Origin: Phyllosticta citribraziliensis
Lineage: Eukaryota
Direction of reading: 5' to 3'
NCBI RefSeq assembly: GCF_038025025.1
Contig: NW_027117344.1
Span: forward strand, 1,550,001-1,614,000
Length of the DNA: 64,000 nucleotides
Shown here: positions 37,801 through 50,346 of the stretch, in pieces
Position numbering within the stretch: the first letter of the stretch is position 1
Layout: every line of letters starts with the position of its first letter
Translations under genes and position numbers: made by a program
Notes under the pieces: model-generated
Told to the model about the DNA's origin: nothing
Database searches by the model: none
What the model saw: the letters and a program-made list of their open reading frames with translations, nothing else

Positions 37801-40676
37801 AGCCCATCCGTTCGCCGACCGACCCGTCCGCCCGCCCGTCCGACCGTCGGGCATGCGAGGTACCAGAGCGGAGCGGGCAGCGGGCCGCACGTTAGGCTAA
37901 AGCAAGGTAGAGCTGTAGGTAGCAGACGACGAGCGAGCGAGCACGCCAGCAGAGGAGACAAGCTTCATTCGCGTCATTTCGCTCCGCCGACTTGCAATAT
38001 CAAAAGAACTAGGGCCGGGCCAGGGTCCGGGAGGTTGCCGACGGAAGATGCACTTGTTTTCTTTTCCTTTGCAGAGTTTGTCATGATTGGGTTTGCGGAT
38101 GAAGAGAGTCAAGGCAGACCTGCACGGCACTGGGAGGAGGTGATGCAAGCGACGTCATGGTGGAGGGGCGGGGAGGCGCGAAGCTAGAAAGTTTGGTCCA
38201 GGATGTGCCGTCGTGCGAGAGGAGCACGGATTCATGAGCGCGAAGAAATGAGGTTGAGTACTAATCCCTGACGATTGTGAGAGGAACTACCGAACCAAGT
38301 AGGTTGGCAAGGTGGTATGTATGTTGCAGCAGTGACGTTAAGGGGGGGGACAGGGAAACAGATGGATGCCCCTGGCACGCGTGCAATGCATAATGGTCAA
38401 ACCGGTCTTTGATATCCAGCACAAACCGGCATTAGTGTCTGTATGGCGTAGAGCATCCAGGTCTTTCGGCCAGAAGCCCAGCCTGCCAACAGCCATGGAG
38501 TTAGTTGTTTGTTTACTTCCTATGTACCATCTTCCCCACCACCTACCCCTCACCCCGTGCCTTCATCACCTAGTCACCTACCTACGCCACACAACGCATT
38601 GCATTGCAATGCAACCTCGAATGGTTTCTACAGCTGCTTGCATCATGCAGATCTCGCAGTCCAGTCCAATATTCCCGTCAGTCCAGCCAGCCAGCCGCCG
38701 CTCCAACCTCCTGCAACCGCCAACATCCCCCGTCCCAAAACACCCCACCGCATACCACGCATCCCCACCACCAGCCCCCATTCGGTCCAACGGTCAAAAT
38801 GGTCCACACGCACACGCACACGACCGACTGCGCAGCGCCTCGATCATGCGTGACGCAACCCCTGTCCGCCGCATGGATGCAGTGATGCAAGCCCGTTGTG
38901 TGTCCGTGCCGGCCGTTGAATGGCCGCTGTGCTTCCCTTGGGCGTCGCGTCGTGGCCCCGCCCCGCCACACCTCGCACAGCCACGTTGCCAGCTGTCCTT
39001 CGCCTGCTCTGCTGTGCGCCGCGCCGCCCGCGCCGCGCACGGCAGCAGTTGCAAACTCGTACCGTCGCGTCGTATCGCATGTAACGTATGCCAGTCTGGA
39101 TCTTGAGCAAGTCGAAAGCTGCCGAGGCCGTCTGGCGAGGTAGCCCGGATGGACGCGCTGGGCGGCGCGGCGCGACGCGCGGTAGGCGGGGAGGGAGAGG
39201 ACGCGCAAAACGCGAAAATCAAGCCCTTGCGTGCTGTGCTACCCGCCGTCGACAAAACAAAAATGCAGGCACAGGCATCAAAAGGTGGTCGAAAGTTTTG
39301 TAGGAAAGCAAGGAAGGCAGATTGATTGCTATGTACTTTTCTGCTTGTCCAAGTGCCTGTCCGTCTCTTCACCATCTTCAGACCTCTCTTTCTCTCTTGA
39401 TCCTTTTTGTACATGTCCTTCCCCTTTCCTGCAAAGCCTGGCTGCTCTCTGGCAACGAAGCGAGTGTCCTTTCCCACGCTATGCTTGAGCGACCCATATT
39501 CCATCCATCAAACTCCGGAGCGCTGGCTGTATAATAGTAAAGCGCATCCTCAGCGCCACTATGATAAAAAGTAGAAAGAAGGATAAGAAATGAAAAACTA
39601 ATGGGGGTATAAAAGTCTCGACTCTTTTCCGAGCAAAAATTCAAAAGCGCAACAGAGCAAAGCAGGCTTTACGTACCACCACCTCGAACTTGTGTCTTCT
39701 TCGGCCAAAGCATTGCGCAAGCGACAGTCTGACGAGAAATAGCAAGCGTAAGTCCGTAGCAAGTATCGAACCAAACGTTTAAGAAAGCAAGAAAGCATCA
39801 GCAAAAAAACAAAGGCTCGCTCATTTTAGTGAGAGCCTCTCGGCCTCTGTGCGTTGCCGTCTATGTAAGAAGAAACGCAAGGAAAAGTTGGGAACTGTGG
39901 GGGGATCGGTGCAGCAAAGGGGAATGTGTGTGCAGCGTGGCGGTGGGGACGAACTAGGTACAGTACAAAAGTGTGGTGTTTTGATACAGATGCAACGGTG
40001 GCGGGTGGGTGGGTGGTGGTGATAGAATTTATCGCAACCAGCTGCTCGCTATGCCGCCAACGAAATGAACAGACTCCATCTTTTAGAAAAGGAGACAAGG
40101 AAACAAGGGAAAGAAGAAAACAGCAACAAACTTGGCTCACCTCGCTCTTTTTTGGTCGAGGGCCACGTGGTTGGGGTATGAAGCGAAATTTGAAGCAAAA
40201 ACGACAGATGAAAAAAAAAAAAAACCCCCCCCCAAAATCCTGAAGATTCCCACTTCTTGCTTTGATGAAAACCTTGCCGAATCTCTCAAAACACCGACGA
40301 AAAAAAAGAAGAGGCTATGCTGTCTCGCTTTCGAATAGACCCAAGCCATGGAAATCAGGGAAGCAAACAAAGGAAATATTCCTCGCGTCGACGAGGCAAA
40401 GGAAGGCTGTCCGCAGACAAGGCCCGAGATGATCGAGCCGACCAGGTCAGTCGCTGGTGAGAATATCGAACTTGAGCCGCCGAGTAAACACCGATTTGCC
40501 TGAGACGCCTGCCGCGGTTCCGTTCCTGCCGGACTTGGTCGTCGCCGCCACGAACCCCAAAGACTCCGATCCGATAACATTGACACTCGCCCGTGGGCTA
40601 CTTGGTCGATCCAAATTACAATTAGTCGTAGGAGATGGAAAATAGACAAGGAGAATGTTGGGAGCGGCCGTCAGAT

Positions 40677-43136
40677 TCACCGATAGGCCGATTGCGCGGC
40701 AAAGATACTTGCGGCCGCAGAAGCAGCCCACTCGCTTTGCTCCTCGGGTGGCGTCGGCCAGGAGTGCTCATGATTTTGCGACTGGCGTTTCGCAATGTCA
40801 ACCGGTTTCGAAGGGGTGGTATAGGTGGCGCTGCCGAAGCCGACGTTGCGGTTGGCCGACGGAGAAGGTGTCAGGTAAGATCCGGCGGGGAAATCGGCGA
40901 CGGAGGGCTGCAGAGGAGGACGGACGTTTTCTTGCGGGGTGCTCGTAGGACCGTCGCGTCGCGCGAGCCGGCGGGAGGCGCGGTGGGCGTTTTTTAGAGC
41001 TTCATCCAGGAGCTCCTCTTCTTCGTTTGGTGTCTCGTACCGCTGGTTGGCGTTTGTCGACTGCTGAAGCGCGCGGCGAGTCCTGCTAGAGACCGGTCCT
41101 TTTCCATCGCCTCCATGGGGCAAGGAGTGGTGTCTCTTAAGCATTGGATTGGTGGCCACACGAGAAGAGGGTTTTGAGACGCTACCGGCTGGTGAAAGAC
41201 CTTCCAAACTATGGCGCACATGCTGAATGGCCCTGTCCATCTCGGCGGAGTCCGGCTGCGGCACGCCTGTGGGGTTGCTGGTCGGGGCGGGCGGCGGGTC
41301 GACGTTCATCGATTGACGGTTGCTGTAGCCCCAAGCTAAACATCCAGCGCTTGCTTCGAAGTCGTGGTCGGCGGGGGAGGGAGGCGCTTGGTACCGACCT
41401 GAAAGTCGCCTCGCGCGCTTGCGTAGGTGCGAAAAGAAACCTTCCTTGAGGGGGTTGGATGGCGAGGCAGGTCCGTTTCCGTTGAGGGCCCGTTCGGCTT
41501 CTGCGCGGTGCATGTCTGCGTAGTGGTTACCGTGAAGCGACAGCTGGCGGCCAATCTTTCTCGAGGCCTTTTCCTCGACGGGCTTCGGGGTTGCCTGGGC
41601 TGTGACTGCATCGGAAAAAGGTGAGATTGGCCGAATGGAAGGTAGTATTGGCATGGGCGCACCTGTGACACCGTTTGTCCAAGTTGCCCGCTTAGCGGCA
41701 TCCGCCCTCTTCCTCGACATGAGCGTCGCGTCAGACGTGTTGGACGGCTGCGGCGAAGGCTGCGGCGAGATTGGCTTGGGGACGCTCGTGTGCTGAGGAA
41801 CGGCGGGAGCGCTGTCACGGGCGACCAACGACTTGCGGAACCACGAAGAGGTTTTGGACGTCAGGCTGGGCGAGTCGCTGTCCTTGGCCGAGGCGTTGGT
41901 GCTGAGGTCCGAGTGCTTGCGGCCCAGAAAGCGCGAAGCGGACGACTTGGGACGGAGCGGGTCGACGGCATCCGTGAAGAACTCGTGGCACAGGGCCTGC
42001 GTCGACGTGGGGCGGTGCTTGGGATCCCACATCAAACACCATGTCACAAAGTGCGCCAAGCTCGCCGGCCACTCGGGCGACTGCAAAATCGTGTCCATGG
42101 CGTGCGGGGCCATCTGCAACACTCGTTAGTCTGGCTCCGCAAGAATCGGCCATCCGGCGGGAGTACCTTGGGGAACGAAAAACCAAGCTTTTGCGCCAAC
42201 CTGATGCCGTCCTTCCATTCACCACCTCCAACCCTGGCACCGTGCTTGTTCACCCAGCTGCCGGGGCTGCCCATGATCTCGCACACGCGCCAGACCTGGT
42301 CGACCTCGTTGCCGCCGGGGAAGAGCGGCTTCAGCGTGGCGATTTCAACGGCCATGGCGCCAACGGCCCAAATGTCGACGGGTGCAGAGTACTCGCCTGC
42401 GCGGAGGAGGACCTCAGGGGCGCGGTACCAGCGCGTCGACACGTAGGTCGTGTAAGGGAGCTTGGAATGCGTTTCCCTGGCTAGGCCAAAATCGGCAATT
42501 TTGATGGTGTACAAGGGCGGCGTGGAAGGAGGAGTAACGAGGGACGAGTAGCGCTTGAATGCATTGCCAGTGTCGGGAGCCGAGGTCGAGACCAGAATGT
42601 TTTCGGGCTTGATGTCGCGGTGGAAAAAGTGGTTTTCGTGAATGTGCTCGAGACCAGAGATGATTTGGAACAGGACGCTCTTGACGGTGGAGCAGTCTAA
42701 CCTCTTGTGGTCGCGGGCCTTCATGAGCTGGTAGAGGTTGCCGTCCATGTACTCCATGGCAATGTGCAGCTTCTTGCTCATCGGGTCAAGAAAGATGTCG
42801 AGAGCGGGAACGAGGTGAGGGTGGTTGGGTAACGAGCGGAGGAAGATGACTTCTCTCAGCTCCAGGCACTGGTTGAAGTTGTCGAAGCTCTTCTTCATCG
42901 TCTTGATGGCGACCTGGACGTCGTCAGTGGGAGTGTTGCGACCGAGCAGGCCAATGCCGTACCAAAGTTCCCCTCCGCGCGAGGTGAGCGCCTGCGCTCC
43001 GCACACGTGCAAGCGAGACGCTGCCAAAGCTGCCATCGCCGACGTCCTTGAGAACCTCGAACTTGTCTTCAAGGCAGACAGCTCCGTGAGACCCCGAGGA
43101 CCAACCCCGAAACGACGTGTCGTAAGCAACCGTCAT
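40677..43136 (-). CDS. IME2: Ime2/MAK-family Ser/Thr kinase
   Basis: ATG 43136; introns 42962-42914 and 42166-42114. GDGSFGSV, VAIKTMKK, HRDIKPEN, DFGLARE, activation loop YTTYVSTRWYRAPE (TxY), long Ser/Pro-rich tail ending EWAASAAASIFAA. Confidence 0.95.
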
Positions 43137-44250
43137 GACGAGAGTGCTTGCGAACGATGGAGTGGTGGTTGTGACGGAGAGAAGGGGCGGTGGGTTGCTT
43201 GGTGTCGTCAGCAAGGAAGGACGGCGGAAAGTCGGACGAGCTAGTACCCACCGAATGAGGAAAAGGGCGGGTGAGTGAAGGAGAGGAGTAGTAATGGGGA
43301 GGTTGATGAGGTATCCTATTGAATTGCTATGCTCATTGCAAGACTGGATTGGACGAGGTGGTTGGGTGGTGGATAGGTGGTGAGAATGGCGGCGGGGAGG
43401 GCAAGGTAGGCAGGGGGAGCGAGAAGGAGGGGATCAGGGTCCAGTTGGCAATTGACAGAAGAGAGCGAGAGAGGGCGAGAAGAGAGAGGTGGTTTGGAAA
43501 AGGGCTTGCAAGCTAACGTGGAGACTGTCCAGGACCACGGTAGGCGGGAGGCGTGCCGGATGGCCGGTTCGTTTTAATCGATCAAAAGGAGCAGCGGCTG
43601 CTTCTAGCGTTCGGGCGACTTGGGGGTGGTGGTGGTCGGGGCGTCGCGAGGGCAGAAGGGACGATCTTCGCAATAGGAGCTGTTCGGTGATTTTGGGAGA
43701 GTTCAGCCGACGGGCGGTGGTGTTCGACGAGGTTTCTGGAAGTCGTCGGGGCGGCGTGACAATCTCGGGCGGAGTTTTGAGGATGGGTGGTTTGTGAAAG
43801 GGCCCCACAGTCGGCACGCACACAACGGGTTTGCGACTCAGGCCCGTCTGGAATAAGAATAATGCACAGAGAGGGGCCGTCTCGAGCGGTGGGTGAGCTG
43901 GCTGGCCAACGCGTGGAGCTGAGGACCAGAACAGACCAGACCAGACCAACGAGTGACGGGCAGCGAGAACGAGGCGAGGCGGTGAAGGCGGCCTGGCAAT
44001 AGCAGAGGCCGTAGTGACGATAGCGCCGAGCGTGGCTGGCTGCAACTATCTACCACTTGTCCAGGCGGATGATGGTCTTTGACGGGCGCGGACGCTGCTG
44101 TGCCATTCCCGGGGGCTGGGGAGGGGATGCGCTGAGGGCGGAGAGCGGCGGAGGGATGAGAGACGGGAGGGGGAGGGGATGAGAAGCAAGCGAGAGAAAG
44201 AGGGAAAGGCAGATGTGCTGGCTGGTGTGAGGACAGGAAGACCAGAAGGA

Positions 44251-44333
44251 CTGGAGCTGTAGCTGGAGCAGGAGCTGGAGCTGGAGCTGGAGAGCTGGAA
44301 GGGCAGGCTCAGGCTCAGGCTCAGGCTCAGACT
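44251..44333 (+). repeat. Compound hexamer microsatellite (CTGGAG)n followed by (CAGGCT)4-5
   Basis: Directly visible in the IME2 upstream region. Confidence 0.8.
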
Positions 44334-45010
44334 CGAAGTCAAGAGCCGGAAGGGCGCGACCGGGTGGTCCCGTGAAGGTCATTTCCGTCTTGGGCCACTT
44401 TATGCGTGCGGTGCGGTGCGGTGCGGTGCTGTGCTTGGTTTGACTGCCCGGCTTCACGTTCCCCTTCCCTTTCTTTCCCTTTCGCTGTGCGCATTGGCGG
44501 CTGTTGTTTGTTTTTGCTGGCCGCCTCCGCTTTGCTGCAGCACGCGGCCTGGTCGCGAGCTCACCGTCTTTCGTGCCCGTTTCCCACGCAAGCAAAGCAG
44601 CGAGGGGACGGCCATGGCAAGCAAGTCATGGGGAGCCACGTTGTCGACAGGGAAGCCCTCTTGTCGCCCCCTTTTCAGTGTCGCCGCGGCAGCGGGAAAT
44701 GAGTGCTGCGCGCCCCCTGTACCGACACCTCGACTCTGACTAAACCTGCCGTAGGTAATCCCCGTCCTCTGACGTATGGCCGTTTCCTCCATGATTCGAC
44801 TGGCAAGCCGCAGCCAGTTCACGTCGTTTGGCGCTGGCTGTGCGTTGCGCTGGGTGGGTGCAATACCTACCTGGGAGTATTCAGCTGACCTAAGCATCAC
44901 CCACCGGTCGTGGTTGCTATTCTCGGCAATATTGTTTGTTCCATGAGCAGAGTCCATTGGTCAATCATTTTTCATCACCGGCCATTGTCAACCCAAGCAT
45001 CAAGCATCAA

Positions 45011-45045
<35 letters not shown>
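45011..45045 (+). repeat. (GCTCAG)5-6 microsatellite
   Basis: gctcag x5 plus gctca; same hexamer as 44304-44333. Confidence 0.85.
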
Positions 45046-48000
45046 ACAGGACCGCCAGGAGACCGCCCGACCGCTCCTCCACCCTCGCTTGCGTCTACGC
45101 TCTTTTCATCTTGTAAGAGGTGATGCTATCGCCTGTCGCTTGCCCCTGCGCGCGCCCGGCTGCGGACGGCTGCGGATCATGGCCTCGCCCTCCCGCCCCT
45201 CGTTCTCACCACTCAGATTCGTCGTCCTCTCCGATGCCTGGTCGGTCGACTGTCCGCCCCAAAACAAACACCATCCTCATGGTTCCTTCACCGTTTCATC
45301 TGCATCAAGCGTTGCATCCCGTCTTGACAGGCTCTCTCAGACGTCCCCGACCCGCCGCCGACCAGGCCCCGCAACACGTCTCCCTGGTCGTCTATGCGAT
45401 CCGTGATTGACTCAAATGTCCATCCACGCGTTATTGCCATGGCCACTCCCAATATCCTCGTCCCAATTTGGCGACGCCTTCGATAGTGTCTTCGTCCCGG
45501 CGTGAAGCCCGCCTGCTTGCTCTCTTCCAACTTTCTGTCAACAAGACAAAAGTCTTGCTCATGTTGCTCCTGGAGCTACGGCTCTGACGTAGTCGGCTCT
45601 TCCCCAAACCATCCTCCTCGTGTTCCCTGCTCGCCGATTCATCAGATCAACAACACTCTACCTGACATGGCGCCAATTCCAAACGGGAACATGAACTCGA
45701 TGCTTTTGCTGTTCCCCCACAAGGCCTGCCGGGAAATACACACACAGTCTCATGGCCGTATGCCATGGCATGAAATATGACGGCCGTAGCCATACAACAC
45801 GTCTCCTGCAATCTCGGACAAGACGACAAGACGAGAGAACGCTGCGCGTGTCGGCTGCGCCTCTTTGTTTCTCCCTTTTCCTCCGCCGCCTTCTTCACCA
45901 CTCACGTTTCTCCGTCTCAGACAGGTTCCAGCCGCAATCCCAGCCCAACGCCTGGGTGCAACTTGTACGAGTCCACCCGAGATGCTGCCCTGTGTTGCAC
46001 CGTGAACCTGCATCCCTTCAGCTCCTGTCCGTCATCATCGTCATCTTCATCATCTCCGTTGGTCGTGTTCGACATTGCAGGGAACCGGGCGATAATCACT
46101 GAAAAAGAATTGGTGTGCCCCTACCCGCCTCGTCCCCATTCCTCGCTCACCACATATTTCTGGCGATTCAACATCACATCAGCAACTTCAGCATTTCCTG
46201 GTGCCCTGTTGCTCGCTGTCGCACTCGTAGTAGTGTGCCATCTAGTTCAATTGCCCTGCCTTGCGCGCCTGGCCCTCTCCGCTGCATTTTACCTGATGAT
46301 GGACGCGGGATCGTCACCCGTCGCGCCCGGGGGCCCATCCATCCTCGCGCCGGACCGACAGTCTGACAGCCGTTGCAAGAGAAGCGACAGCGTCCATCCC
46401 AGACAAGCTGTGCTTTTTTCCCGCCTCAACCTTGCCCCGTCTCGCCTCCACCTCACGCGATTTGCTACTGGCGCCTGGATTACTTTTTCCTCCATCTCCA
46501 GAAAAGCTCCCACATTCCCGCGGCGCGTCCCGTCACGTTTGCCTACCATCAATTTCCAGTCGTCGGCTTCGTGTTAAAATGAAGAACGCAGCCAGAACCG
46601 CATGCGTGTACACTTTCGCGCCCACCCGTGCTGTCGGGCCCGGACCACCATCTCCGCAGACGGCGCCCCTGTCGAAAAAGAAAGCAGCTGCGCGGGAAAA
46701 CGGTTGGGTGCACAAGCGCACCCGCTGCTCGGTGAAGAGGGGGGACGTGTGGGCGGCAAAAGCAAAATGAACATCAAGGCGGCCTGGGGAACGTGCCTGT
46801 CTCGCCCTGTGCTCCTAAGAGAGATGAGAGCGGCTGTCCGTGGGTTACCGGCGGCAGGGCGCGCAGCTTGTGCGACATGCGACCTCAAATCAGGCAGCCA
46901 AGTGAGGTCAGCTTCACGACCTGACGACAGTTCCGACCAAGTTGCTGCGTGTACGACTTTCGTAGGAGCGGACACTAAGCTACATCTGCTCAGAACTGGA
47001 AAATGAAAGCAATGGCTGGAAGTTGACGGCGGCAGAGGTACGAGTGCGACGTTGGTGGTGAGAAGGAACCGACAGACTGGGAAAAAGCAACACCAAGCTA
47101 AGACAGCTCCGGACCTCGCTCGAGCTTGCACCCGCCGCGCCACCAAAAGCCACCGCGGCTGCCACGCATGCATAACGTAGGTAGGGGGCGGGCAACGAGT
47201 GGACGACGGCGGCTAGAGGCAGACTAGACGGACGGCGCCTCTGTGTTTCGGCGCTGCAGTGCCGTTCACCTCTCACTGGGTTGTTGCCGCCGCCTTCATC
47301 ACGTCCTCCGCTTGATGACTTGTTCTCCGGCTGCCGCTGGAGAAATAATGTGCCGTGTGGCGCGGCTCGACGCGACGACGAGATGAGTCGCGTCGTCGTC
47401 TGCTGCACCCTTTCATTCCTCGCTTCCTGGACTGACTGGTCAACCGAGCACCATCAGCGAAGCGCCCATTGATCACCCTTTGTCAAGTCCTATTTTTCCT
47501 TTCTGTCACCTGCGTCTCCTTACAGCGTTACACGAATCAAAACCAGGGCCAGACAGAGGAATCAACGGAGATGGCATCCGTCATCCGTCTATTCACTCAT
47601 CACACGCCCCAGACACTCTACCCGCCAAACACCATGCCCATGCCGGCAGCACGTACATACATCTCATCAGATCAGATAAGCAAAACAAACTGACGGCCCG
47701 TCCATCTTCTATGCAAGACACACCATCGGCAGACGGATGGCCTGGCTAGCGCTACCTAGCGCCCAGCTAGCGCGTCGACAAGTCACCAACGCTGGCCAGG
47801 AGTGCCTCTTCAACAACTCAACTCGTCTTTGCCAAGTGCCTTACGAGCTAGTGCCCAAAGAAGTAATTTCTCATGCTGCATGTCCTGGGCTGGTCCTTGT
47901 TTGCGCTGTGTTTCTAAAGAAAGACGACGTGCTATGCGTTGCGGTGGAAGGGACAGGTAACTACCTTGGCGTTGCATATGGGCACGAGTGCTTGTTTTGC

Positions 48001-50346
48001 GCCGGGCTCGAGAGAGCTGTTCTTGGCTGAGGAGTTGGACGGTCGATGCGACGGAACTGCCGTTTGCTGACGCTGACGGCTCATCGCCGTGCCTCCCTTC
48101 TCTGAACAGATCGTGATGATCGTCGAGGCTGACACTGATTCACTCTTTGCAAGGTTGACTTAAACATGCTAGTCATCCCGCGTGGCCTGGAATCCATCTC
48201 AGGAAAGGTCGACGCGCTCACGTTTTGGTCTAAATTCCATTTTGGGAACTCTTAAGGCTCGCGGTCGTATCTGAGTGCGAGCAGCAGTAAGCCATCCAAA
48301 AAGACTCGAAACTGGCAAGCAGACAATGTCATGCTTTTCCAACCACGCAGTTGTTTGCCAGCAGACGGTAAAGGTGAAAGGATCATTCAAAGCAGCTAAT
48401 TTCCAGTACCGCAGAAGAAAAACGCAGTATGGAATTCTCATGGCCTGTGATGCAGACCTTCAACACCATATTCTACTCTCTGGCGCCTCAGCGTCGCAGC
48501 CTTCCTATACCACCCCAACTTCAGCAGAGCAACTCTTTTTTCCATCATCAAACCCTCATGTCAATAGGCTGCGCCACTCACAACCTCAGTTGCACTTTGC
48601 CATCCATCACCACCACACTCACAGTCTATCGTCAACACTGTCGACTTCGCTTTTCGTTCGGTGCCCCGGAACCCGCCCAGCGTTGCGTGCTTTGCGTGGA
48701 CCCATTCAGCCCAGCCCACCTCATCTCGAGCTTTGCGGCCGACCGGTGGCTCAACGAAAGTCGGCGTCTGCATCTGCGACGGCGACGGCGACGGCGACGA
48801 CGACCCGCCAGTCTGGACCTGACGGGCAAAGAGACAAAACTGGACCCAGGTCGTTGGGTGCGCTAACAGCAATGCGGGCTGATTGACTAGAGAGCTAGCC
48901 GTATTGTGACTGGGCAGATGCGCAGACACCCTCGACGGGACTGCGCTACTCCAAACCAAAGGTAAGCGAGGCGAGCAGGTTAGTAGCTTGCGTGGTGGCG
49001 TATCGATAGAGCTTGCTGCTTCTGCCACCACAAAAAACACAATGCCCTTTGCCTGCGCAATTCCTACTCATACCCGAGCGCCACTGCTCTATCCCCGTTG
49101 GGGCGGTAGCGTGAGGGAAGCACCGACGCTCTCTGCTAGAGCATTCTTAAATCTGGGGTAGTGGCTGACGGTCTGGACACGCTTGATGGTACCAATACGG
49201 GTACATTGCGCGTCCAGAGTGGACGTTGACAGGTGCGTTGGTGTTGTTGTGATGGGAGCCGAGAGTTATGGCGCTTGAGAGACTTGAGGTGGTGGTGGAG
49301 GGTTCGGCTCTTCGAACGGCCTGTGGAGTATTCAGAACCTCACCATTGCGGTGCTTCCTCATCGCCACTGTTTTTGTTCCCTTTTCCATCGTTCTCCTCA
49401 CCTGTAATGTCCTCCGCTCCATTCGTTTCTCGAGTCCGGCACACGCGCAGCCAGCCTGTCTTTCAACCTCAACCCTCAACAACCTCGAGGCTTCAGGTCG
49501 GCTCTTTCCCTCCTTCGAGCGACGTCACGCTACTCCGCACACCACATGGTAGCGTACCGCGTCGGCTCGCCCTCGAGAGAGCTCGGACCGTTGCGCTGAC
49601 CGGACCGTCCAGCGAGCTACACGCCTCATCTCGGCTGCGGAGCTGCTGCTCTCGCTTTTTTGTTCAGTGCGCCATCCATCCATCCATCCGGTGGGTGGTG
49701 GTGTGTGCTGGGCGGACGGACCGGGCGCTATTGGCGGGATGGATTCATCGATCCATCTGCGAAAGCGATGTATCCGTGGGAGTCTTGAGGTCTTCGTCCG
49801 TTGCGCGTGCGGGCTCGAAGCGATTGGAGTGAGGGTGAGGATGAGTGGAGGCGACTTGCGGAGCTGTTTGCGCACAGTGGAGAAAAGGCTGAGAGGACCG
49901 GCCGCAGCGATTCTGGTGTTGCATCGCGCGGTGGCGGCGAAGTTGTTGAATTTTTGTGTTCATTCGGGTGGCGTTGCAGTATGGGGTTGGTGCAGTAGGA
50001 GGTAAGTCGGAGAGGGCAGTGGCGTCCGGTTGTTCTTTCTCTGGTGTCCCCGATTCGAATGTTTTGATGGAAAGAACGCGTCTCGATGTCCTCGACTGGA
50101 TTGCGGTTCAGGGACGCTGTTGATTCCTACGATTGCAATTAGAGCGAGCAAGCGAACGAAGAGAATGTTTGGTTCGGACAGGATTGAAGCTTCCGTGAGT
50201 CAAATTCACTACACCTCAGGCCTGATATCTTGAATGAGTCTTTGGCCAAACACTTGAGTCGCCAAGTAGGAGAACTGGCATTTGGTGGCTCATCTCATAG
50301 CAACTACGTCGTCATTGATTTGTTTTGCACTTTTCCTTGCTGTAGG

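Noticed and set aside
37120..38187. 355-aa and overlapping 231-aa ORFs
   Set aside because: Arg/Ala/Pro-rich translation of GC-rich low-complexity DNA, with no domain or gene-like codon pattern.
40211..40233. A-tract followed by C-tract
   Set aside because: Simple homopolymers in the probable IME2 3' UTR; no target-site duplication or retroelement sequence.
44863..44875. ATACCTACCTGG resembling the U1 snRNA 5' end
   Set aside because: Mismatch in the invariant ATACTTACCTG, and no recognisable U1-70K or U1A loop motifs follow.
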